Shown: piece by piece, positions 55,147 to 64,000 of the stretch
How the letters are laid out: every line of letters begins with the position of its first letter
How positions within the stretch are numbered: the stretch's first letter is position 1
Made by a program: the position numbers and the translations under genes
The notes under the pieces: generated by a model
What the model was told of the DNA's origin: nothing
The model's input: only the letters and a program-made list of their open reading frames with translations
Databases searched by the model: none
Assembly: GCA_963823665.1 (NCBI GenBank)
Contig: CAWGMQ010000006.1
Coordinates: 1,408,001-1,472,000, forward strand
Source of the DNA: an uncultured Planctomycetota bacterium
Lineage (GTDB): Bacteria > Planctomycetota > Planctomycetia > Isosphaerales > Isosphaeraceae
Reading direction: 5' to 3'
Length of the DNA: 64,000 nt

Positions 55147-56031
55147 GTGAATCACGGCAATCGGGTAAATCGCAAGTTTGGGCGCTCCGACGATCGACGG
55201 CGGGTCGACACGGCCTGGAAAACAGTGGCCGTGCTCGGAATCGCCGCACTCGTCCTGGGCCTGGGCGCATCTGGCCTCGCTCGGGCGGGCGACTTGATCA
55301 TGAACGGCAACTTTACGTCGTACACGACCGGCTCCGTCCCCCTCAACCCCACCGGTCCGAGCCAGCTCGTTAACGATGCAGGCACCTCCACCCTTGCTCA
55401 GGGCTACACCTCTGTCTCAAACTGGGCATCGACTGCCTCCGGCGCCGGTCCTGAGTACAACTACACCTTCTTGTACACCGGGCCCGGGGACACACAAGGC
55501 TCTTATGCCCCAGCCTACGGCACCGAAACCTACATTTGGGGCACGGGCAACGGCGGACTCAATACCATTACCCCTCCCCCCGGAGGCGGCAACTACATCG
55601 CAATGGACGGCACGAGCCCCGTCAATACGCCTCTCTATCAAATGGTTTCCGGCCTGACCGCGGGTCAACTCTACGGGGTCAACTTCAACTGGGCGGCCGG
55701 CCAGTTCGCCGGCTTTTCCGGCGCTACCACTGAACAGTGGCAGGTATCCCTCGGCAGCCAGACCCTGTCGACCCCCACGGTGAACAACCCCAGTCATGGC
55801 TTCAGCGGCTGGATGTCCCAGACGTTGTACTTCACAGCCACCGCTTCCAGCGAGACGCTCTCCTTCCTGTCTGTCGGCGGCCCGGATACGCTGCCCCCGT
55901 GTGCCCTGCTCGCGAACGTGTCGATGCAGTCCGTGCCGGAACCTTCTGCCGTGGTGCTGCTGGCAATCGGCCTGCTCGGCATTGGCGCCGTCAGCCGGCG
56001 CGTACGCACCGCCAAGCGCGCCGCAGCGTGA
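55147..56031 (+). CDS. PEP-CTERM sorting domain protein
   Basis: Signal peptide ending ARA; C-terminal VPEPSAVVLLAIGLLGIGAVSRRVR; GTG start after GAAAGGA. Confidence 0.9.
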   Translation: MNHGNRVNRKFGRSDDRRRVDTAWKTVAVLGIAALVLGLGASGLARAGDLIMNGNFTSYTTGSVPLNPTGPSQLVNDAGTSTLAQGYTSVSNWASTASGAGPEYNYTFLYTGPGDTQGSYAPAYGTETYIWGTGNGGLNTITPPPGGGNYIAMDGTSPVNTPLYQMVSGLTAGQLYGVNFNWAAGQFAGFSGATTEQWQVSLGSQTLSTPTVNNPSHGFSGWMSQTLYFTATASSETLSFLSVGGPDTLPPCALLANVSMQSVPEPSAVVLLAIGLLGIGAVSRRVRTAKRAAA

Positions 56032-56142
56032 TCGACAACCTGACGGGCTCGTGCAATAATCCAAATCGCGGCTGGGCGGGAAAGTGTTCCCCCCAGCCGT
56101 GATCGCATTACCACTGTTCGTGGATTCGCCGGACGGGACCCC

Positions 56143-57121
56143 ATGTTGCAGCTCCTCGGCGCGCTCTATGGTTCACTGATCCCTATCCTGCGGTTGGCAC
56201 TGTGGCTGGCAATCCTGGTCGTGATTTTCGTGCCGCTCGAGCGGCTCTTCGCCGTCCATCCGCAAAAAGTCCTGCGCAAGGCGATCGGCGTTGATCTTTG
56301 CTACTATTTCCTTGAGCAGCTTGCTCCCCGCGCTGCTATTGAGTGTGCCAATCAGCGTGCTCGCCTGGGCAGTGCACAGGGCTGTACCGGGCGGTATCCT
56401 GGCGGCGACCGCCGCCCTCCCACTCTGGGCACGCCTTCTTGCCGGGCTGGTGGTCGGGGAGATCGGCTACTACTGGGGCCATCGCTGGAGCCACGAGATC
56501 CCGTTCCTCTGGCGATTCCATTCCATCCATCACAGCGCCGAGCATGTCGACTTCCTGGTCAACACCCGCGCACATCCGCTCGACATGGTGTTCGGCCGGT
56601 TCTGCGTCTTGGTGCCGATCTATGTCCTGGGCCTGGGCAGCCCGGTCGGCCCGGCGGGCAGCGTGGTGCCCGTCCTGACCACCCTGATCGGCACAGTGTG
56701 GGGGTTCTTCATCCACGCCAATCTGCGCTGGCGGTTCGGGCCGCTGGAATGGCTCGATCTCCACCCCCGCATTCCACCACTGGCACCACACCCTGACCGG
56801 TCCCATCAACCACAACTACGCTTCCACCTTGCCCTGGATCGACCGGATCTTCAGGACCCATCACCTGCCCGGCGACGTATCCGGCCTCGCTACGGCATCA
56901 AGGCGAAATTGCCCGATTCGCTCGCCGGCCAACTGGCCTATCCGCTGCTCCGCGAGCCAAGGGCGCTCAACTCGCTTCAGACGCTCGATCTAAACGCGAC
57001 AGGTCCAGAATTGGAATACGAGGCGACTTCCTCCGTCCCCCTCGCCGGCGACCAGAGCCGAACAGATCCGATAATGGCAAACGAGCCGATCTCGCCGGCT
57101 TCCTCGCACGCTTTTCCCTGA
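56143..57121 (+). CDS. Sterol desaturase / fatty acid hydroxylase family, frameshifts near 56310, 56757 and 56878
   Basis: His boxes HRWSH, HSIHH, FIHAN and, in a shifted frame, FHHWHH. Confidence 0.82.
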
Positions 57122-57136
57122 AAAAGGTGCCAGTCC

Positions 57137-57185
57137 CTCGTTCCCACGCTCCGCGTGGGAACGGCAAGCGTGCCGCTCTGCGGCG
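57137..57185. repeat. Double-hairpin extragenic palindrome
   Basis: CGTTCCCACGC-TCC-GCGTGGGAACG (perfect 11-bp stem) followed by GCCGC-TCT-GCGGC. Confidence 0.65.
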
Positions 57186-57360
57186 TGTCCGACGTCGGCT
57201 GGAGCAATTTGTTCTCCTTCCCTGATTTCAAGGCGAAGCGCTCAATCGACGGCAAGGAAGAGCGACCGCCGGAATTGTGCATGTGCCTGGCCGTATTCGG
57301 GTGTATGATGTGGCGTTTCCGGTTGGCTTTTCTGCAAGACTATCGCGTTGGAGACCCGGC

Positions 57361-58080
57361 ATGAAGACCCTCTGGTATCTGGGGCCATTGATCGTCGCGC
57401 TGTTTGCTCGATACTCCCCGGATGAAGCCTCGCAAGCAGAAACTGCGGACAACACACTCACCCGTGCCGAGAAAGACGCAGGATGGCTTCTCCTGTTCAA
57501 CGGCAAGAATCTTGACGGCTGGCAGACAAGCTCGAAGCAGCCGAGCAAGATACCGGTCGAAAACGGGTCCATCAATCCTCATGGCTGCGGCGGTTACATG
57601 ATGATCCCCGAGAAGTCCTGGGCCGACTTTGTACTGGCACTGGACTTCAAGATCAGCAAAGGTTGCAATAGCGGAGTTTTCATTCGTACCCATCCGCTCG
57701 AGCCGCGGCCGGGGAAGGACGTCGGATTCAACGGCATCGAGATCGCCATCGACGACACCAAGACAGCCGGCTTCTACGACACGGGCGCGATTTATGACCT
57801 CGTAAAACCCTCCAAGAATCTGATGAAGCCTATCGGCGAGTGGAATCACATGGTGATCACCTGCGACGGCCCCAAGATCTCCGTCGAGCTGAACGGGGAG
57901 ATCGTCACCCGCATGAACCTCGACGAGTGGACCGAGCCCAATCGGCGGCCGGATGGCACCGCGCACAAGTTTGACGTTGCCTACAAGGCCCACCCGCGCT
58001 TCGGGTACATCGGTCTGCAGGACCACGGCTCGGCCTGCTGGTACAAGAACATCAAGCTCAAGCCGTTGGATCGCGGTTGA
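57361..58080 (+). CDS. DUF1080 (3-keto-disaccharide hydrolase-like) protein
   Basis: GWLLLFNGKNLDGW, NSGVFIR, TGAIYD, GEWN, GYIGLQDHG, YKNIK. Confidence 0.92.
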   Translation: MKTLWYLGPLIVALFARYSPDEASQAETADNTLTRAEKDAGWLLLFNGKNLDGWQTSSKQPSKIPVENGSINPHGCGGYMMIPEKSWADFVLALDFKISKGCNSGVFIRTHPLEPRPGKDVGFNGIEIAIDDTKTAGFYDTGAIYDLVKPSKNLMKPIGEWNHMVITCDGPKISVELNGEIVTRMNLDEWTEPNRRPDGTAHKFDVAYKAHPRFGYIGLQDHGSACWYKNIKLKPLDRG

Positions 58081-59880
58081 TGCATCTGAATATCACGTTT
58101 GAAATGGGCCTCACGCTCGCTGTCCTGGCGGGGTTGCTCTTCGGCTTGATCAAGGACAGGCCTCCGGACGTTCTGTTCGTGGGCGCAGTCGTCCTGCTGG
58201 CAGCATGCGGCGTGATCGCCCCCGAAGATGCCTTCTCGGGCTTCGCGAATTCCGGCGTGCTGATCGTCGCTGCGCTCTTCATCGTGGCCGCCGGCCTGCG
58301 CGAGACCGGCGTGATGGATTATATCGGCGAGCACTTCCTCGGGCGCGTGACCACGGAGGGCCAGGCGCTGTTGCTCATGGCCGCCGTTCTGATTCCCTCG
58401 TCGATGATCTTGAACAACACGCCCAAGGTGGCGCTGCTCGTGCCCGTCTTGATCACCTGGTGCCGCAAGCGTCGTATTTCTCCCTCCCGATTGCTCATGC
58501 CGCTCTCGTTCCTCTCGATCCTGGGCGGCACCTGTTCGCTGATCGGCACCAGCACCAACCTGGTCGTGCAGGGCTTGCTGATCAAGCGCGGTCTGAAACC
58601 CATGTCTTTCTTCGAAGTCGGATCGGTCGGCCTGCCCTGCGCACTGCTGGGTGCATTCTACATGCTCACGGTCGGCAGAAAGCTCTTGCCGGACCGAAAG
58701 GAGATGATCGAGCAGCTCGAGGAAACGCGGCGGGAGTATCTTGTCGAGATGATGGTCCAACCGGGCTGCCGTCTGGCAGGAAAGACAGTCGCTCAGGCAG
58801 GGCTGCGCCAGTTGCCCGGTCTGTTCTTGATCGAGATCGACCGCGAAGGCGTCGTCCACGGCCCGGTCAGCCCCGACGAGGTCATTCGGGTCGATGATCG
58901 CCTGATCTTCACCGGAGTGGTGAACACGATCGTCGACCTGGAGAAGATTCCCGGCCTTGTGCCGGCTACCGACAACCAGTATGAGGTCTCGCCCGTCAAG
59001 CAGTGGGGAAGACGGCTTTGCGAGGCGGTCATCAGCCCGAGCTCGCCCCTGGTCGATGTTGCGGTACGAGATGCCGATTTTCGCGCACTTTACGATGCGG
59101 CCATCGTGGCGGTGCATCGCAACGGAACGCGCGTCTACTAATAAGGTCGGTGACATCCGGCTCCGCGCCGGCGACACCCTGCTCCTCCAGACCGGCACAC
59201 AATTCACCAAGTCTTTCCGCAACAAGCCGGATTTCTACCTCGTGAGTGACGTCGAGGATTCGCGCCCGGTCCGGTTCAATCGAAGCTGGCTCGCCGCGAT
59301 CATCTTCATCGGCATGATCACGGCGTTTGTAAGCGGTCGCGTCGACATCATGATCGCCGGTTTTCTCGCCGCCGGGGCGATGGTTGCCACCGGCTGCATC
59401 TCGGCAGGCGATGCGCGAAGATCGGTCGACTTGCCGGTCTTGATCGCGATCGCCGCGTCCTTCGGCGTGGGCAAGGCGCTCGAGCAGTCCGGAGTTGCCA
59501 AGCTATTCGCCGGCATGCTGGTCGATGCCACTCGATCGCTGGGCCCGACGGCAACGCTGGCGACGATCTACTTCGGCACAATGGTCTTGAACGAATTGAT
59601 CAGCAATAACGCCGCCGCCGCGCTTTCCTTCCCGTTCTGCCTCGAATCAGCCAGGCTCCTGGGGGTGAACGAGCGCCCGTTCGTGATGGCGGTGACCCTG
59701 GCGGCTTCATACGCATTTGCCTCACCCGTCGGCTATCAGACCCACATGATGGTCTTCGGCCCCGGCGGCTACCGCTTCACCGACTTCATGCGCGTCGGAA
59801 TTCCGTTAAACCTCCTCATGTGGATCGTCGCAATCATCTTGATTCCAATGATCTGGCCGTTCGCGCTCCCGGTTCCTTGA
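58080..59880 (+). CDS. SLC13/DASS permease with TrkA-C domains, frameshifted near 59135
   Basis: LNNTP, PSRLLMPLS, IGTSTNLVV, ISNNAAA, PVGYQTH...GPGGYRFTDF. Confidence 0.9.
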
Positions 59881-60165
59881 TGGAATCCGCCGGATTCTCG
59901 CTCCGAATCCGCGAGCCCCTCTGGCACGAGCACCGGATGTTCAAAGGGCCGGAAACAGACATCAACCTGCACGTCTTCTCGCTCGGCTGCCCGGAAATCG
60001 ACCGCATGCTCTTGTTCCGCGACTGGCTGCGGCGCAATGCCGCCGACCGCCATCAATATGGCCGCACCAAGCAGGCTCTCGCGCTGGAGGAATGGAAATA
60101 CGTGAAAAACTACGCCGACGCCAAGACTCTGGTTGTCGAGTAGATCATCGCGCGAGCACGCCGCC
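59880..60165 (+). pseudogene. GrpB family C-terminal remnant
   Basis: ESAGFSLRIREP.WHEHRMFKGP..DINLHVFS...FRDWLR...YADAK; N-terminal half absent; in-frame TAG at 60141-60143 inside VVE*IIARA. Confidence 0.75.
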
Positions 60166-60196
60166 CCCGGCGCGTGAGCTATCCAGCACACAGCGT

Positions 60197-60791
60197 TCAT
60201 TCGCGGCGCACGACCCACTTGTCGATCGCCGCCTCGAGCCACGCCGTCCGCTCCGGCTCCGAATCCGAGAACGGCGACCACTCTGTCCGAATCAATCCCA
60301 CATCGATCGTATCGCGATTGGCCACGAGCAGCGTCTGGATATCGACTTGATCTTGAGGACGAAACGAAACCATCTTGGTCAAAATCAGCCCCTCCGCCGT
60401 GGCCACCTGCACCGAGTGACCTCGAGAACCACTCGATCGGCTTTGCTTCGCCAAGCGTTCGTGTGTAGAACGGGAGCATCGGTTTGAGCCAATCAATCCG
60501 GACATCCCTGAAAGAAAAGAACGTGATGTAGTCGCGCGTATATTCTTTAATCACTAGCTGTTCGTCGAGTGTGAACCCTTTTTCCACAAGATCCTCGAGC
60601 AAACCCGGCAAGACGATCGCGGGAACGTCGACCAGAAAGTCGACATCCTCCGTGACTCGGAGCCGGCCGCGGATCGCCGTGGCCAATCCGCCGATCAGCG
60701 CGTGACGAACCGATCGAGTAGCAAACGCTTCGGCGAGTAATTCGACCGCCCGGAATAGTTCTTCAGGCAGCGGTCCAGGATCAGTATCCAT
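60197..60791 (-). CDS. Nucleotidyltransferase, MenT/AbiEii-like toxin, frameshifted near 60425
   Basis: ALIGGLA...RVTEDVDF, then VATAEGLILTKMVSFRPQDQVDI in the next frame. Confidence 0.75.
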
Positions 60792-61014
60792 GGCGCTTCA
60801 AGAACTCCCGGATGGCCCGGCGCTCAAGATTCTTCTGCTCCTCGGCATACTGACGGGCCCATTCCGCCTTGGGCGAGATTCGCATGATCCGCGCTCCGGA
60901 GTCGAGGAGGTTGCGAAACGCCCGGAGTCGTTCCTCCGGCCCGAGCGCCCTGAACCTCGCAACATCTTCGAGAATCACTTCTGACTCGCTTGGAAATCGA
61001 ACAGGTAGGTCCAT
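60781..61014 (-). CDS. Small helical protein, putative antitoxin (77 aa)
   Basis: MDLPVRFPSESEVILEDVARFRALGPEERLRA...; overlaps the start of the nucleotidyltransferase by 11 bp. Confidence 0.65.
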   Translation of the reverse strand: MDLPVRFPSESEVILEDVARFRALGPEERLRAFRNLLDSGARIMRISPKAEWARQYAEEQKNLERRAIREFLKRHGY

Positions 61015-61223
61015 GGTCGTTCCTTGGCTCCGGTGGCTCGTGAGTGTCATTGTACCATTTCCCCTGCTGCATTCCGCCCGGGACTTGACCACGCAATTCC
61101 TCGGCATGAGAATCTGACGGCATTGCCGCCTTACAGATCCGAACGTCGCGGCATTTCCGTTCTCATCAGGAGATTCTATCATCCAGGTCGTGATCGCAAT
61201 CGCGCGTCTCCAGGGATTCTTGC

Positions 61224-61931
61224 ATGGCTCCGTCGAAAAACCCGCAAAGTGACACGTCCAGCGACAATCCGTACGAGCCTCCGAAAACGGAGTCCGGGGC
61301 ACCGCAGCCGGGCCAGAAGAGCTGGTTGGACGCTCGCGCCTCGGGCCGGACTCGAGCGGCGCCGGCCGCGCAGTTCACGCTCGATTGCCAGTGCGGGCGA
61401 GCAATCGCGGTCGCCGGGTCGCAGGCCGGGTCGACCGTCGCCTGCGAGTGTGGTGCGGCCGTGCAAGTTCCCAGCCTGGGCAAGCTGCGGGAATCCTCCG
61501 GAAAAGGCCGCTATGAGTCAGGCATCACCGATACGGTCCAGCGAATGGTCCAAACTGGCGAGCTCCCAGGCGGACACACCTGCGCCGTCTCGGGGAAGCC
61601 GACGGACGACGTCATCGAGCTGGAGATCTTCATGCCGAGGTTTTTCAAGGGTCAGGAAGATCCAAGAAAAGCACCGCTCATCATCATGTTTGGTATCTGG
61701 AGTTTGATCTACCTTGCTCTCGTTCAGCGTACGCAATTCGCAGAAGAAGGTGGAACGGCCGTCCAGGTGCCGCTCCGCGTCGCACGACGGTCTCACAAAA
61801 AGGTTCGCCGTATGAGCCAACGTCGGCTGAAGCAGCTCCTTCGCACGGTCCCGGTCTACGCGCAGTTGCTCGAGGAGAATCCAGACGCACGCATCAGCGT
61901 CGATGCCGGTGCCTGGGATTCCGCCACCTGA
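61224..61931 (+). CDS. Hypothetical Zn-ribbon membrane protein
   Basis: NPYEPP; CQCG...AGSTVACECG..VQVP; one TM segment; start uncertain. Confidence 0.65.
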   Translation: MAPSKNPQSDTSSDNPYEPPKTESGAPQPGQKSWLDARASGRTRAAPAAQFTLDCQCGRAIAVAGSQAGSTVACECGAAVQVPSLGKLRESSGKGRYESGITDTVQRMVQTGELPGGHTCAVSGKPTDDVIELEIFMPRFFKGQEDPRKAPLIIMFGIWSLIYLALVQRTQFAEEGGTAVQVPLRVARRSHKKVRRMSQRRLKQLLRTVPVYAQLLEENPDARISVDAGAWDSAT

Positions 61932-62029
61932 CCCTTCGGGGCGCTCGCAGAAGGAATGTCCCCGCCGCCCGCGGCGGCGAAGAAAGCCATTCGCCGCCAG
62001 GAGCCACCCGATCAATCGATCGATCGGAT

Positions 62030-62548
62030 TCACTTCTTCGAGCCGCCCTCGGGCTTCAGCTCCATCTTGATCGTCGACTCGAGGTCCTGTGCAATCTCCC
62101 GGCCTTGCACCGTCAACATGAGCCCAATCTTCTGAACCACGTTCGAGGACTTCAGGATTCCTTCCGTGTTGTCGAACGTGTAATGGCCCTTCATCTCTTG
62201 CGACTTGACCTTGACCTCCGCCGGCGTGTCCGCTTTGGGCTCGAGATCCACCTTCACGTCGACGCCGATGTTCTCGATCGAGCCTGACGGACTCTCGAGC
62301 GTGTATTTCATGTCCATCGCCATTGTGCCGAACGACATCTCCGTCGTCTGCGTGAAGCTCGTCTCGATTTTCCGACCCTGCACTTCCGCCGCCAGCGCGA
62401 CTTTCTGGCTGAGCACGAAAGCTCGCTTCTGCCCCGCTGCGAACTTCCATCTCAGCGTCGTATCGGCCGCCCTCGCTGCGGCAGCCAACGAAAAGACGCT
62501 GACAGCCACCAGGCACGATACCGACACGCCGAACCTTGTACTTTTCAT
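62030..62548 (-). CDS. DUF6263-like exported protein, internally deleted paralog (172 aa)
   Basis: Signal peptide, TLRWKF..GQK; aligns to both ends of 62590-63498 but lacks about 130 central residues. Confidence 0.7.
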   Translation of the reverse strand: MKSTRFGVSVSCLVAVSVFSLAAAARAADTTLRWKFAAGQKRAFVLSQKVALAAEVQGRKIETSFTQTTEMSFGTMAMDMKYTLESPSGSIENIGVDVKVDLEPKADTPAEVKVKSQEMKGHYTFDNTEGILKSSNVVQKIGLMLTVQGREIAQDLESTIKMELKPEGGSKK

Positions 62549-62589
62549 CGCGAGACTCCCCGCATCCCCGATCCTTCTCCCGCCTCGAG

Positions 62590-63498
62590 TCACTTCGAGC
62601 CGCTGTTCTTCTTCAATTCCAGCTTCACCGTCGACTCGATGTCCTGGTCAATCTGCTGGCCGTTTGCGTTCACGGTCATCGTCATCTTCTGGACGACATC
62701 GGTCGATTTGAGAATTCCCGCCGTGTTGTCGAAGCGGTAATGGCCCTTCATCTCCTGCGCCGTCAACTTGAGCTCCACAGGAGCGTCTTTGGTCGGCTCG
62801 ATTTCGACCTTGGCGTCGACCCCGATGTTCTGTTCCGAGCCCTCGGGCGCCTCGAGCGTATAAGTCATGTTGATGGTCATCGATCCCAGCCCCATCGGCA
62901 TTTTGCGGACTCCCTTCCACGACTTGCCTTGTGCGATTGCTTTTTCCGGGAAGATCGGCATCAACTGTTCGAAGAGCTTCTTGAGACCTTCGTCTCCGCC
63001 GAACATGGTTGCCATCGGACCTGCCTCCTCGAAGGCCTTGAGCAGCTTCGGTGGAAGTTTCACGTCGAGAAACTCGCCCCGCTCGCTGACCTTCGACGTG
63101 AAGGGTGACCCGGCGATCGCGCGAATCATCTTGGTCGTCTGCTCGGGCACACCCTGCGGGTCCTGGGCATCTGCCGTGTCGAGCGCCAGGTTCCCGGCCG
63201 GGCCATTCATGTCGAGCTTGAGCCGGTCGATTGTCTGCATCATCTGGGCGGTGCCGTCCGTGCCAACGCTCTTGATTTCCCATGTCATGTCCATCGTTTG
63301 CGTGATGGTCATCTCCACCTTCTTGTCCATCGCGTGCGATGTGATCGCCGTCTTCTGGGTCATGCCGTAAACGAACTTCTGTCCCGCGACGAACTTCCAC
63401 CGAAGCGTCGTGTCGGCCGCATTGGCCCGAGCGGCCGCACAGAGAACCATGGCCACCGCCAGGCACGATACCGAAACGCCGAACCTTGTACTTTTCAT
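62590..63498 (-). CDS. DUF6263-like exported protein (302 aa)
   Basis: Signal peptide; TLRWKFVAGQK...FPEKAIAQGKSW...GHYRFDNTAG. Confidence 0.75.
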   Translation of the reverse strand: MKSTRFGVSVSCLAVAMVLCAAARANAADTTLRWKFVAGQKFVYGMTQKTAITSHAMDKKVEMTITQTMDMTWEIKSVGTDGTAQMMQTIDRLKLDMNGPAGNLALDTADAQDPQGVPEQTTKMIRAIAGSPFTSKVSERGEFLDVKLPPKLLKAFEEAGPMATMFGGDEGLKKLFEQLMPIFPEKAIAQGKSWKGVRKMPMGLGSMTINMTYTLEAPEGSEQNIGVDAKVEIEPTKDAPVELKLTAQEMKGHYRFDNTAGILKSTDVVQKMTMTVNANGQQIDQDIESTVKLELKKNSGSK

Positions 63499-63763
63499 CG
63501 CGAGACTCCCGGGATTCCGAACGCTTAACCCGCCTCGACCAGCAAAACTCGGTTGGACGGCCGACAATCATGATTGCAGCAATTCTCAATCTCGGCAAGA
63601 CATCGTCTGCACGAGCGCTACGTGAAGAACGGAATCCCGACTCCTCCGCCCGCCGATTTGTCCGCCAGTGCGTTGCCGAGGGTCTATCGGCCCGCGACGC
63701 GCGCACGTTGATCGCCTGGTGTGTCGCGCGCAAGATTCTCGATTGACCGATCGGCAGAAAGGC

Positions 63764-63787
63764 GGCCGACAAGAGTGTCGGCCCTAC
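63764..63787 (-). repeat. GTAG-type REP hairpin
   Basis: GTAGGGCCGACACTCTTGTCGGCC. Confidence 0.55.
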
Positions 63788-63808
63788 GCGCGGATGGTCC
63801 GGCCGGCC

Positions 63809-64000
63809 TCACGGATTGCGGGTCAATCCCTGAGCCGTCCGCACCGCTGCGATGAATTCCTTCCGGTAGCCCGAGCCATCGCGTGAAAGCGTTTGCGAAG
63901 CGATCTCGATCACACCCGGATAGGTAAGGCTTCCCTTGCCGTCCGAGTTTCGCAGCAGCATCCCGAAGCCCGCAACGGCCGACGCAAACTTCAGGTCGTC
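63809..64000 (-). CDS. C-terminus of a vWA/YfbK (DUF3520)-type protein, partial
   Basis: Manual translation [19 protein letters not shown]...[13 protein letters not shown]...NP*. Confidence 0.8.
   Translation of the reverse strand, partial: DDLKFASAVAGFGMLLRNSDGKGSLTYPGVIEIASQTLSRDGSGYRKEFIAAVRTAQGLTRNP

Overview
GC-rich bacterial DNA with strong Planctomycetota (Isosphaeraceae-like) hallmarks: LEPRxLL-leader proteins, DUF1559, DUF4058, Ser/Thr kinases with TPR or FG-GAP repeats, and a BlaI/BlaR1 pair. The first 28.7 kb is one minus-strand array. In transcription order it holds an ECF sigma factor with a Thr-containing DATA motif, kinase-TPR, a large beta-helix surface protein, kinase-TPR, two smaller beta-helix proteins, a membrane methyltransferase, a 2931-aa beta-helix/MBG adhesin, and a third kinase cut by the window edge. 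All three kinases share a near-identical 32-bp upstream element. The ECF gene and most beta-helix genes have a GG-N10-GC (sigma54-like) motif 55-59 bp before the ATG. The remainder is accessory or ordinary content: FAD oxidase, FG-GAP kinase, BlaI/M56-redoxin, XRE-PBP regulator, DUF1559, Tat AKR-FeS, DPP III, OYE, AKR, TetR/SDR, HdeD, PEP-CTERM, desaturase, DUF1080, SLC13 permease, a GrpB remnant, a MenA/MenT-like pair, tandem DUF6263-like genes and the end of a vWA gene. About 19 single-base frameshifts in about 12 genes most likely reflect long-read assembly error. No rRNA, tRNA, CRISPR array or transposase was seen. All family calls come from motif recognition by eye, not database searches.
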